DNA of 64,000 bases, taken from positions 32,001 through 96,000 of the IMG/VR virus record IMGVR_UViG_3300037424_000485; one strand, given 5' to 3'. Source of the stretch: a virus (lineage: Duplodnaviria > Caudoviricetes). Positions 45,875 to 54,573 of this stretch are shown piece after piece. How positions within the stretch are numbered: position 1 is the stretch's first letter; each line of letters opens with the position of its first letter. Made by a program: the position numbers and the translations under genes. The notes below the pieces were generated by a model. That model ran no database searches. It was not told the DNA's origin and worked only from the letters and a program-made list of their open reading frames with translations.

Positions 45875-46138
45875 ATGAAATTACAAATTGGTCATGAATA
45901 TTTGCTTGAACCAAAGGAGTGGGAAGGACATAAATACCATATGAAAGTAGTAGAATTTAGTTCTACTGGTAGAGTTTCATTTCTTTGGAGAGAAATAACA
46001 TGCGATACAAAATATGTAGATTATGTAGATAATGTAGATAATGTGCAGTATTACTCATCAACACTAAATAAATGGATTGAGGAAGGTTCAATGTTGCCTT
46101 TATCAATATTACCAGAAGAATTATTTAAAATGGAATAA
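45875..46138 (+). CDS. Hypothetical protein with C-terminal LPEELFKME tag
   Basis: GGGAG RBS. Ends ILPEELFKME. Confidence 0.75.
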   Translation: MKLQIGHEYLLEPKEWEGHKYHMKVVEFSSTGRVSFLWREITCDTKYVDYVDNVDNVQYYSSTLNKWIEEGSMLPLSILPEELFKME

Positions 46139-46227
46139 ATGATTGATTTTAATAAAGTAATTGACTTATGTAACCAGTATGGTGAGAATGTATCCATTAA
46201 ATCTGGCGGTAGCGGTATTATCATGCG

Positions 46228-46971
46228 TTAACACTTCTTTCTTCTCATATCACAATCTTTGTGTAGTTTATTATGACACTTATTACATAGAGTGATACAA
46301 TTATCCATATCAGCACTCTCAGTGGGGTTTATTTCAATACCTTCATAGTGATGACAATGCAATTGAACATCTATTTTTCCACATGTTTGACATTTCCAAT
46401 CATCTCTCTCCAACACCAACTTTCTTAGTTCTGGTTGTACTTCTCTGGATGTATTGGTTTTGAACCCTTTGGGGTATTTACTTCTATTATAGGTTCCACA
46501 GGATTTCTTACAGTTGGTTGAACAATAAAGAGATTTTTCTCCTTTTGTAATTCCACTGATGGATCTTATTCTATGTCCTATATTACTATTAGTAGGTTTA
46601 TGATACCTTCCACAATACTTACATTTAACTTCAAGTGATACACCATCATCAGCTAATCTTGGTTCTTCTTCAATGGTTAGTTGATGTGTATATGTTTTAT
46701 ATAGTGCAAAAGAATTCATATATTCTTTGTGGTATTGTATACAATATTCTTTATTGGAATTATAATATTCTTTATGTTTTTGTTTAAAATATTCTTTATT
46801 GGAATTGTTATATTGTTTAAAATATTCTTTATTATCAATACGATATTGTTTGTTACATAAAATACATGTGGATTGATGTCCATCTTTTCTTGAGTTTTGT
46901 TTGTTGAACTCATTAATTGATTTGATTTCTTTACATTTGGGACATTTTTTGGTATAAATAGTTGTAGTCAT
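46228..46971 (-). CDS. HNH homing endonuclease, family copy 8
   Basis: IYTKKCPKC, EEPRLADDGVSLEV and the shared HNH module. Confidence 0.85.
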   Translation of the reverse strand: MTTTIYTKKCPKCKEIKSINEFNKQNSRKDGHQSTCILCNKQYRIDNKEYFKQYNNSNKEYFKQKHKEYYNSNKEYCIQYHKEYMNSFALYKTYTHQLTIEEEPRLADDGVSLEVKCKYCGRYHKPTNSNIGHRIRSISGITKGEKSLYCSTNCKKSCGTYNRSKYPKGFKTNTSREVQPELRKLVLERDDWKCQTCGKIDVQLHCHHYEGIEINPTESADMDNCITLCNKCHNKLHKDCDMRRKKC

Positions 46972-47064
46972 GGTGTTTACTCCTTTAAAGTAAATAGTTT
47001 GATTGGGACTTATTAACTATAATCAGTAGTTAATAAGTCTGTTTTGTTTCTATATGTATTTATA
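46972..47064 (-). promoter_or_regulatory. Late promoter + hairpin + RBS leader of HNH copy 8
   Basis: Reverse TATAAATA 47057-47064, GACTTATTAACTA..TAGTTAATAAGTC hairpin, AAGGAG. Confidence 0.7.
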
Positions 47065-47079
47065 TAAAATAAGGTAAAA

Positions 47080-48096
47080 ATGTTAACAGAATATGAAGTT
47101 TCTTCTATGTTGTCTAAATTAGGTGTTGATTTTATTAATACCAATGGATATTTTAAATGTAAATGTCCTGTATGTGGAGACAGCAAAAAAAGTAGAAATA
47201 TACGAAGATTGAAGATATCCCAATATCACGATACATGGATGTGTTATTGTTGGAATGGTGGTTGTGATGTACAAGGAATTAATATATTCTCTTTGTATTC
47301 TGATATTACTGGTATTTCATATCTCCAAGCAAAGAAGGAATTGATTGAACCTGTCTATGATAGTAGAATCGTTAAGAAAAAGATGTCCAGTAGTAAAGAG
47401 ACATTGCAAGCAGATGATACAAAGACAGTAGAAATTCTTGACCTTGATATAGATAAAGACTGTTTGAAGGTGTCTTCCATTCCTAATTCTAGAATTGAAG
47501 AACGTTTCCATAAAGCACTGTTATCATTTATCAAAGAGCGTAAAATACCTATAGAGTGTTTTGTAGCTATTAGCGGTAGATATCAAGGTAGAATAATAAT
47601 TCCTATTTATATCAAAGGAAAACTTGTTTATTTTCAAGGACGCGCCATATCTGATAGTATAGAGAATAAATATCTAAATCCATATGTCGAGAAAGGACAT
47701 ATTATTCTCAATATAGATAAGTTCAATGTGGATATGTCTATTATAGTTACAGAAGGATCTATAGATGCGTATATGGTAGATTATAACCAGGGTACTACAT
47801 CATTAGGAGCTGTAATATCAGATGACTTATTAGAGATATTATTAGACCATACTGATAAAGATGTTATTGTGGCGTTTGATAACCCAGATATAGATAAGTC
47901 TGGATACACCACAATAATGAAGATGATAAAAGATTCTAAATATGGGAAGAGAGTTAAATATTTTCTCATGCCATATAAAGATATTAAAGACCTAAATGAT
48001 CTAAAAGTCAAGAAAGGTATTGAAAATATATATCAATTTGTTCTTGATCATTCTCACTCACATTTTTATATCTCCACCATATATAAATTATCTTAA
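47080..48096 (+). CDS. gp61: DNA primase (gp61-like)
   Basis: CPVCGDS zinc domain, YFQGR, VTEGSIDA and FDN.D.D Toprim motifs, KDLND. Confidence 0.9.
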   Translation: MLTEYEVSSMLSKLGVDFINTNGYFKCKCPVCGDSKKSRNIRRLKISQYHDTWMCYCWNGGCDVQGINIFSLYSDITGISYLQAKKELIEPVYDSRIVKKKMSSSKETLQADDTKTVEILDLDIDKDCLKVSSIPNSRIEERFHKALLSFIKERKIPIECFVAISGRYQGRIIIPIYIKGKLVYFQGRAISDSIENKYLNPYVEKGHIILNIDKFNVDMSIIVTEGSIDAYMVDYNQGTTSLGAVISDDLLEILLDHTDKDVIVAFDNPDIDKSGYTTIMKMIKDSKYGKRVKYFLMPYKDIKDLNDLKVKKGIENIYQFVLDHSHSHFYISTIYKLS

Positions 48097-48124
48097 AATA
48101 TATTAATTTTCTTTTAATTTTCTA

Positions 48125-48132
48125 TATAAATA
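48125..48132 (+). promoter_or_regulatory. T4-type late promoter
   Basis: TATAAATA, then AAGGAG RBS. Confidence 0.65.
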
Positions 48133-48159
48133 CATTTAGAATTTTATAAGGAGATTAGT

Positions 48160-48630
48160 ATGAAAATTACTATAGTTGGGTTGGATGTAGTTTGTGTCAC
48201 CGATACAGACTACATTAATAATAAGTCATATAAACATAAGATACATTTGGTTAAGTTGGACTTTTCAGATCCAACATCTGCTAAGATGGAATGGGTTATA
48301 AAAACTTTTAAAGACACTAATAGATTTATTGTTAGTGATAATATTTCTTTTTATAATAGCTATTTAAAACATACAAATAAAAAATATTATGTATTAAATA
48401 CAGAGATAAATAAACTGGTAAGCTTTTATAAGAAAAATAATAAAGTTCTTTTAGACACTACAAAACTATCAGAGTTTGAAAGGATTTTTGTTTTTAATGT
48501 CATTCTTGATGATATATTATCATGTACAGAAGTAATGGTCATAAGTAAAGACGATTATAATTACTATACTAATAAATTAAATAAATGGAGTGGTAATTTA
48601 ATTATATTGGAATACGGAGAGTCTTTATAA
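48160..48630 (+). CDS. Hypothetical protein
   Basis: 156 aa, strong RBS. Confidence 0.7.
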   Translation: MKITIVGLDVVCVTDTDYINNKSYKHKIHLVKLDFSDPTSAKMEWVIKTFKDTNRFIVSDNISFYNSYLKHTNKKYYVLNTEINKLVSFYKKNNKVLLDTTKLSEFERIFVFNVILDDILSCTEVMVISKDDYNYYTNKLNKWSGNLIILEYGESL

Positions 48631-48631
48631 T

Positions 48632-49459
48632 ATGAGTAATATCCTTGCCGTTGGCCCCTTTATAGGATCTTTTGAACAAGAGATAATGAGCTTTATGCCA
48701 TATGCTAGGTATCTATCACAGATTATGGAATATGATGATATATTCATATCTAGTCACTCAAATAGAAGATTCTTATATGATTGGATTGATGATAGAAATT
48801 ATATCTCAATAAATGAAAAATGGACTAGAGATGATTGTAAACAAAACGGATATGTTCATGATGACGTAATATCAAGTCAGTTTATACAAACATCAAAAGA
48901 TTTTAAACAAAAAATAAAAACCGATATAAAATATAAAGGATATCCTATAGAGCTGTATAGTCTGCCATATATAAAAACTGCTCCTATATACTCTACAATT
49001 CAGAAAAAATTCTATCCTATCCGTGTACCACGTACAGATATAAAAGAAAAGGATAAGGATTATGTAGTATTCATAGCAGATGAATCCATTAGCGAAGAAA
49101 CTAGTAACAACATTTACAATCTATTGATTAATGAGTATAATGTCTTAGTGATAGGAGATTGTAAGACACATTTAGCAGAAAAAAATGTTATAATGAAAAG
49201 ATCTGATTATGTAGAACGAGTTTATGAGCTAATATATGGATATATACATGGTGCTAAATTTGTTATAACCCCATGCTCTTATTGGACTATTATATGTAAT
49301 ATACAAAATATTCCTGTATTTAGTTGGGGGGAGAGTCCTGGCATCTATAAATCTGAAGGTACTTTTGGATTTGATAATAAAAATATGATCATATATAATG
49401 ATGACAACAATGCCAAATCACTAGTAGGATCTATAGGATATTTTCAAAAGAAACTTTAA
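48632..49459 (+). CDS. Hypothetical protein, possibly glycosyltransferase-like
   Basis: GPFIGSFEQEI start. A(K)FVI.P.S..T...N...IP pattern reminiscent of GT9/GT-B C-termini. Confidence 0.45.
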   Translation: MSNILAVGPFIGSFEQEIMSFMPYARYLSQIMEYDDIFISSHSNRRFLYDWIDDRNYISINEKWTRDDCKQNGYVHDDVISSQFIQTSKDFKQKIKTDIKYKGYPIELYSLPYIKTAPIYSTIQKKFYPIRVPRTDIKEKDKDYVVFIADESISEETSNNIYNLLINEYNVLVIGDCKTHLAEKNVIMKRSDYVERVYELIYGYIHGAKFVITPCSYWTIICNIQNIPVFSWGESPGIYKSEGTFGFDNKNMIIYNDDNNAKSLVGSIGYFQKKL

Positions 49460-49485
49460 TTATAAAAAAACAAGGAGTTGTAAAC

Positions 49486-49680
49486 GTGCCAATTTTTGAA
49501 TTTAAATGTATGTTATGTGACGATATATCAGAAGAAATAACAAGCGATAGAGAGAAGGTAGATTCTGTATGTCCAAAGTGTGGTGCTCTGAGTAATAAAA
49601 TAATGAGCGTGGTGGGATGGGATATAAAAGGTGGTGGCGTTTATCGTACTTGCCCCCCTGCAACCATACCCAAGAAATAA
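49486..49680 (+). CDS. FmdB-family zinc ribbon protein
   Basis: MPIFEFKC..C...CPKCG...KGGG.Y. Confidence 0.85.
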   Translation: MPIFEFKCMLCDDISEEITSDREKVDSVCPKCGALSNKIMSVVGWDIKGGGVYRTCPPATIPKK

Positions 49681-49684
49681 TATA

Positions 49685-50629
49685 ATGTCTAAATTAACAA
49701 CAGACGATTTTGTAAATAGATCTAAATTTTGTCATGATAATTATTATAATTATCTATTAACAGAATATAAGTCTATATTTTTAAAAGTAAAAATTACATG
49801 CCCTATACATGGTATATTTGAACAAACACCTCATGATCATCTTAAAGGGCATGGATGTAAGAAATGTGGCATTACTAGAGGTATACAGAAAAGAATATTA
49901 ACAATAAGTGAGTTTATACAAAAAGCAGAAAATATTCATGATAAATATGACTATTCACATGTTGACTATTATAATTCAAGAACCAAAGTAAAAATTACAT
50001 GCCCTATACATGGTATATTTGAACAAACACCTCATGAGCATCTTAATGGACATGGATGTCCTGAGTGTGGTGTATTAAAAAATACCTATGGACAGAGATT
50101 AACAACATTAGATTTCATAGAAAAAGCTAAATTTATTCATGGTGACAAATACAACTACTCCTTGGTTAATTATATATCCACTCATATAAAAGTAAAAATT
50201 ATATGTCCTATCCATAGTGTATTTGAACAACAACCCAATGGGCATTTAAATGGATATGGATGTCGTGAATGTTATAAATCATTGTCTATATCAAAACCAG
50301 AAAAAGAAGTATTTGAGTACGTTAAAACACTAACTATTGAAGATGTTATAAATAATGATAGAACACAAATTATCAACCCCAAAACAGGACATTATTTAGA
50401 ATTAGATATATGGATACCTTCTTTGAATAAAGCTATAGAATTTAATGGTAGATATTGGCACTCATTAGAAGGGGTTGATTATAGAGATCATCAAAAAAAT
50501 ATTCAATGTAAGGATAAAGGAATAGAGCTATTAGTAATTGAAGAGCAAGACTGGCTTAATGATAAATATTTATGCGAGGCTGTTATAAAGTTATTTATAA
50601 CAGCCTCGCATAACCAGCGTGGCCAGTGA
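49685..50629 (+). CDS. Homing-endonuclease-like protein (three DUF723-like repeats + PD-(D/E)XK domain)
   Basis: CPIHGIFEQTP..HL.GHGC repeats. SKPEKEV, LELDIWIPSLNKAIEFNGRYWH. Confidence 0.8.
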   Translation: MSKLTTDDFVNRSKFCHDNYYNYLLTEYKSIFLKVKITCPIHGIFEQTPHDHLKGHGCKKCGITRGIQKRILTISEFIQKAENIHDKYDYSHVDYYNSRTKVKITCPIHGIFEQTPHEHLNGHGCPECGVLKNTYGQRLTTLDFIEKAKFIHGDKYNYSLVNYISTHIKVKIICPIHSVFEQQPNGHLNGYGCRECYKSLSISKPEKEVFEYVKTLTIEDVINNDRTQIINPKTGHYLELDIWIPSLNKAIEFNGRYWHSLEGVDYRDHQKNIQCKDKGIELLVIEEQDWLNDKYLCEAVIKLFITASHNQRGQ

Positions 50630-50689
50630 AGTTAATTCCCGATAGGGCCGCAGGCGTTTACCACGTCTGCGTTTATGCGATTGTTATAA
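50595..50689 (+). ncRNA. Candidate GC-rich multi-stem RNA element overlapping the endonuclease stop
   Basis: TTATAACA/TGTTATAA and TCGCATAA/TTATGCGA outer stems. Inner CCC-GATA-GGG and CGCAGGCG/CGTCTGCG hairpins. Confidence 0.45.
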
Positions 50690-50709
50690 CCTAACTGTGA
50701 GGTGGATAT

Positions 50710-50895
50710 ATGAAGAAACATATTAGTTTTAGCCATGTACAAAAGGCAAATTTTATTAATTTAATGGAAGATCACGGATACCACCTGCCGATTAAAAATG
50801 ATGAGCGGGATGATAAAATGTTCAGCGATTTATTATTCTTTATGGCTAGGTCTTTAGATGGCGACCAGGCTGATAAATTCAATTCAGAGTTATAA
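50710..50895 (+). CDS. Small hypothetical protein
   Basis: GAGGT RBS. 61 aa. Confidence 0.65.
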   Translation: MKKHISFSHVQKANFINLMEDHGYHLPIKNDERDDKMFSDLLFFMARSLDGDQADKFNSEL

Positions 50896-50938
50896 CAGCA
50901 ACCATACCCAAGAAAAAATGTATAGAAAAGGAGATATA

Positions 50939-51247
50939 ATGAGTGAAAATGTAGAAGTGGAGATTCCACGTGTTATGCAGAATGAAGAAGAGCGTAAAAT
51001 TAACACACTAATCTTTACAAGATTGGACGAAGATGATAATTCGTGGGGTGATAATATAGTTTATCGTGCTAGAAAGGATGGCATTGAGGTATTTGTTGGT
51101 AGAGAGAAACAATCATATAAATGGATTGTTCATGTCACAACCCAGCTAAACTATAAAAAACCATGCGATACATCATTAGAAGAAGCTTTTAATCTAGCAG
51201 AAATTATGTTTAACGAATTAGATGATACGCTTAACAAATTAGTATAA
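50939..51247 (+). CDS. Hypothetical protein
   Basis: AAGGAG RBS before ATG 50939 (MSENVEVE). Confidence 0.65.
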   Translation: MSENVEVEIPRVMQNEEERKINTLIFTRLDEDDNSWGDNIVYRARKDGIEVFVGREKQSYKWIVHVTTQLNYKKPCDTSLEEAFNLAEIMFNELDDTLNKLV

Positions 51248-51269
51248 ATAATAGAATAGGAGATAAATT

Positions 51270-51479
51270 GTGAACCAACCAAAAATTAATAAAGAAGCAC
51301 TTACAGCAGCATCAGACGTTACATGTGAAAAATGCACCGGACAGTTCTTTGATCAAGCAGTGGCTTTGAAAAAGATATCGGCGTTAGATCCAAATAACCC
51401 AACAGGGCAAGCACAGCTAATACCTATGGGTATCTTTGTGTGTCGCAACTGTAATACACCAATACTAAGTATAGACTGA
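51270..51479 (+). CDS. Conserved phage zinc-ribbon protein
   Basis: CEKC...KKISAL..PTGQ..IPM.IFVC.NC. TATAAATA at 51243-51250. Confidence 0.7.
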   Translation: MNQPKINKEALTAASDVTCEKCTGQFFDQAVALKKISALDPNNPTGQAQLIPMGIFVCRNCNTPILSID

Positions 51480-51481
51480 TA

Positions 51482-52342
51482 ATGATATCAGATGTAAAGA
51501 AGTGTTCTAAGTGTAAAGAAATTAAAAACATTTCTGAATTTTATAAATGTATTTCTAATAAAGATGGTTATAGATATCAATGTATAATATGTACCAAACA
51601 GAGTTATATTTACAATAAAGATAGTATCAGTAAAAGAGCTAAAGAATACTATAAAAATAATAAAGATATTATTATTGAAAAATCTAAGAAATATTATAAA
51701 AATAATAAAATTTCTGTTAGTAAAACAGCTAAGACACGTAGGAAAAATAATAGTGTTATTATAAAAAAACAAAAGAGGCTGTATTATAGTACCAATAAAG
51801 ATATTATTAATAAAAAATCAAAAATATATAGGACATCATTTGCATCATATGAAACATATGCACATCAGCTAACAGTAGAAGAAGAACCTAGATTAGCCGA
51901 TGATGGTATGTCGCTTGAAGCAAGATGTAAATATTGTGGTAAGTATTTTAAGCCTACTAATACACAAGTACAAGGAAGAACTAAAGCTTTGAATGTAGAA
52001 AATAGAGGAGAGTTACACCTTTACTGTTCTGATGATTGTAGATCTAATTGTGATATTTATGGTCAACATATAAATCCTAAAGGATATAAAATAAATAAAT
52101 ACTCAAGAGAAGTACAACCAGCTTTAAGAAAGCTTGTATTAGAAAGAGACAATTGGATATGTCAGAAGTGTGACTCATCAAAAGAACTACACTGTCATCA
52201 CTTTGAAGGCATAGAAATCAACCCAATTGAAAGTGCTGATATTGATAATTGTGTTACATTATGTAAAAAGTGTCATAAAGAAGTTCATAAACAAGATTAT
52301 TGTAACATGAAAAGGGAAAAATGCATTAGTGTGATAAAATAG
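51482..52342 (+). CDS. HNH homing endonuclease, family copy 9
   Basis: KKCSKC, basic helical repeats, EEPRLADDG and the shared HNH module. Confidence 0.85.
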   Translation: MISDVKKCSKCKEIKNISEFYKCISNKDGYRYQCIICTKQSYIYNKDSISKRAKEYYKNNKDIIIEKSKKYYKNNKISVSKTAKTRRKNNSVIIKKQKRLYYSTNKDIINKKSKIYRTSFASYETYAHQLTVEEEPRLADDGMSLEARCKYCGKYFKPTNTQVQGRTKALNVENRGELHLYCSDDCRSNCDIYGQHINPKGYKINKYSREVQPALRKLVLERDNWICQKCDSSKELHCHHFEGIEINPIESADIDNCVTLCKKCHKEVHKQDYCNMKREKCISVIK

Positions 52343-52352
52343 AGGTTTTATA

Positions 52353-52835
52353 ATGACAAAGAAAAAGAAGTTAGAAGAGGCAACTGTTACCGGGGGATAT
52401 GATGCATTTGGTAATGGCATAGTTGGGGATGATGATTTCCCTAGCGGTAATATTATATTTGGTCATAAATATAATAAAGAAAGTGTGCCTAATAGATTAA
52501 CTGGTGCATATCCTAACTTATTTGTCGATGAAACTGATTGGAAATGGGATATATTTATTGGAACTAAGGGTATGCAGGATAAAGCAAATTACTCAAATAC
52601 CCTCGACTCTTTTAACAAACCAAATAGTCCTATTAAAGATGATATTTGGAAGCGTGTAAAATTAACCAATCGGGATCATAAATGGGTTCCTGAAAAAGAA
52701 GCACTTAGAGAGCCTGAACAGAAAGGTAATGAGTTAAGGAAGGACAACGAGAATGTCCCTAAGAATCCTGCAACTGGTGAAGATGATGATAAAATCATCA
52801 AAAAAATGAACAAGCATTTACAACAGGAGAAATAA
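52353..52835 (+). CDS. Hypothetical protein
   Basis: GAGG RBS. MTKKKKLEEA start. Confidence 0.7.
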   Translation: MTKKKKLEEATVTGGYDAFGNGIVGDDDFPSGNIIFGHKYNKESVPNRLTGAYPNLFVDETDWKWDIFIGTKGMQDKANYSNTLDSFNKPNSPIKDDIWKRVKLTNRDHKWVPEKEALREPEQKGNELRKDNENVPKNPATGEDDDKIIKKMNKHLQQEK

Positions 52836-52838
52836 ACT

Positions 52839-53093
52839 GTGCCATTATATAGCATGAAATGTAATAACTGCGATAAAGAAGAAGATGATGTGTTGAAAAA
52901 ATATGAAGAAGCCTATAATTGCCCTGAATGTGGTAGTCCCATGGTTCATATCACAAATTGCACTCATTATAAATTGGTCTATAATAATCAGCGGGATTGT
53001 TGTGACTGGACAGGACAAAGCTCTCAATATTGGAACGACTATAAAGCGGCAAAGGCAAGAGGGGAGAATGTAAAGCCGCAAGGTTCTGATTGA
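52839..53093 (+). CDS. FmdB-family zinc ribbon protein
   Basis: MPLYSMKCNNC...CPECG. Confidence 0.8.
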   Translation: MPLYSMKCNNCDKEEDDVLKKYEEAYNCPECGSPMVHITNCTHYKLVYNNQRDCCDWTGQSSQYWNDYKAAKARGENVKPQGSD

Positions 53094-53101
53094 TATTATT
53101 A

Positions 53102-53200
53102 TATAAATAAGAATAGAAGGTTAGAATATTAGCAGCAACTACTATTCAACAGGTGGAGTGATACCTGATGTCCCTTCTCATATCTATTTATATAAGGAGT
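53102..53200 (+). promoter_or_regulatory. Late promoter plus branched structured leader
   Basis: TATAAATA 53102 is complementary to TATTTATA 53185. AGAAGG/CCTTCT, GAATA/TATTC and CAGGT/ACCTG stems. AAGGAG RBS. Confidence 0.6.
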
Positions 53201-53208
53201 GAAATCAA

Positions 53209-54573
53209 ATGTCAAGAAAAAGAATAACAATAGAAAAAATTAGAAATTTTATGTTGTCTTATGGATATGTTCTAAAAAGTAAAGAATATAAATATAATGT
53301 TAAATTAGAAATTCAATGTCCTAATGATCATATCTTTAAAACCAATTGGAGCAATTTTCAACAGGGTAGGAGATGCAGAAAATGTTCAAATAGCAGAACT
53401 TCTAAAAGATTAACTTTATCATATGAAACCATTAAAGATTATATAGAATCATTTGAATATAAACTCATATCTGATGAATATCTTGATGCACATAGCAAAT
53501 TAACTATTGAATGTACTGAAGGGCATAATTATAAAGTAAAGTGGAACAACTTTCAACAAGGTGGAAGATGTCCTGAATGTAGAAAAAATAATAGAAGTTT
53601 AAGTCATAAACATATAAAAAATAAACATGATTCATTAGTAATGTTGGAATATATAATAAATTATTTACAACAATTTGATTATAAGTTTATTTATGGCGAA
53701 TATAAAAATAGTAAAAGTAAACTAAAAATACAATGCGATAAAAGTCATATTTATGAAACTACATGGGATAATATAAAATATGGTAATAGATGTATAGTAT
53801 GTTATCATGATTCATTAAGAATGTCATTAGATTACATTAAAGATTATTTACAACAATTTGATTATAAGTTTATTTCTGGTGAATATAAAAATAGTAAAAG
53901 TAAGTTACTGGTTCAATGCGGTAAAAGTCATATTTATGAAACTACATGGCAAAGTATACAATCTGGACGTAGATGTACCAAATGCCCTATAAAAAGAAGT
54001 GATGAAACACGTAAAAAATTAAGTGAATCACATAAAGGAAGATTTATTGGCAAAGACAGTCCATGTTGGAAAGGCGGTGGTTTGACATCATCCTTTAATA
54101 CATATTCAGATAAATTATTTTTTGAAGAAGTAAGGTGTGTAGAAAACGATATACTAGAGGTAAGATGTACTTATTGTAATAAATGGCATAGACCTACACG
54201 ATTAAATGCTTGTAATAGAATAAATGGAGTTAAAGGATCTGTATCAGGTGAGAATAGATTTTATTGCTCAAATGGATGTAAGAAATCATGTGAAATATAT
54301 GGCCAGAGAAAATACCCTAAAGGCCATAGAGCAAATAAATATACCAGAGAAGTACAACCTGCTTTAAGAAAGCTTGTATTAGAGCGCGACAATTGGATAT
54401 GTCAAAAATGTAATAGTGATAATAATCTACACTGTCATCACTATGAAGGTGTGGAGATTAACCCTATTGAAAGTGCAGATGTTGACAATTGTGTTGCATT
54501 ATGTAAAAAATGTCATAAAGCAGTACATAAGCAAAATAATTGTGACATGAAAAGGAGGAAATGTGAATCATAA
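53209..54573 (+). CDS. HNH homing endonuclease, family copy 10 (four treble-clef-like C..H..R-C..C repeats)
   Basis: QCPNDH..W.NFQQG.RC repeats, including a 183-nt-period near-duplicate, plus the shared HNH module. Confidence 0.85.
   Translation: MSRKRITIEKIRNFMLSYGYVLKSKEYKYNVKLEIQCPNDHIFKTNWSNFQQGRRCRKCSNSRTSKRLTLSYETIKDYIESFEYKLISDEYLDAHSKLTIECTEGHNYKVKWNNFQQGGRCPECRKNNRSLSHKHIKNKHDSLVMLEYIINYLQQFDYKFIYGEYKNSKSKLKIQCDKSHIYETTWDNIKYGNRCIVCYHDSLRMSLDYIKDYLQQFDYKFISGEYKNSKSKLLVQCGKSHIYETTWQSIQSGRRCTKCPIKRSDETRKKLSESHKGRFIGKDSPCWKGGGLTSSFNTYSDKLFFEEVRCVENDILEVRCTYCNKWHRPTRLNACNRINGVKGSVSGENRFYCSNGCKKSCEIYGQRKYPKGHRANKYTREVQPALRKLVLERDNWICQKCNSDNNLHCHHYEGVEINPIESADVDNCVALCKKCHKAVHKQNNCDMKRRKCES

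Noticed and set aside
50618-50665. CGTGG/CCACG pair recalling the pistol ribozyme P1
   Set aside because: The spacing and the downstream pseudoknot and linker elements do not fit by eye; kept only as an unclassified structure.
763-54573. RNA-guided (HEARO/IscB omega-RNA-like) interpretation of the HNH family
   Set aside because: No RuvC motifs, and no non-coding sequence conserved next to all copies. Several copies overlap neighbouring genes at both ends.
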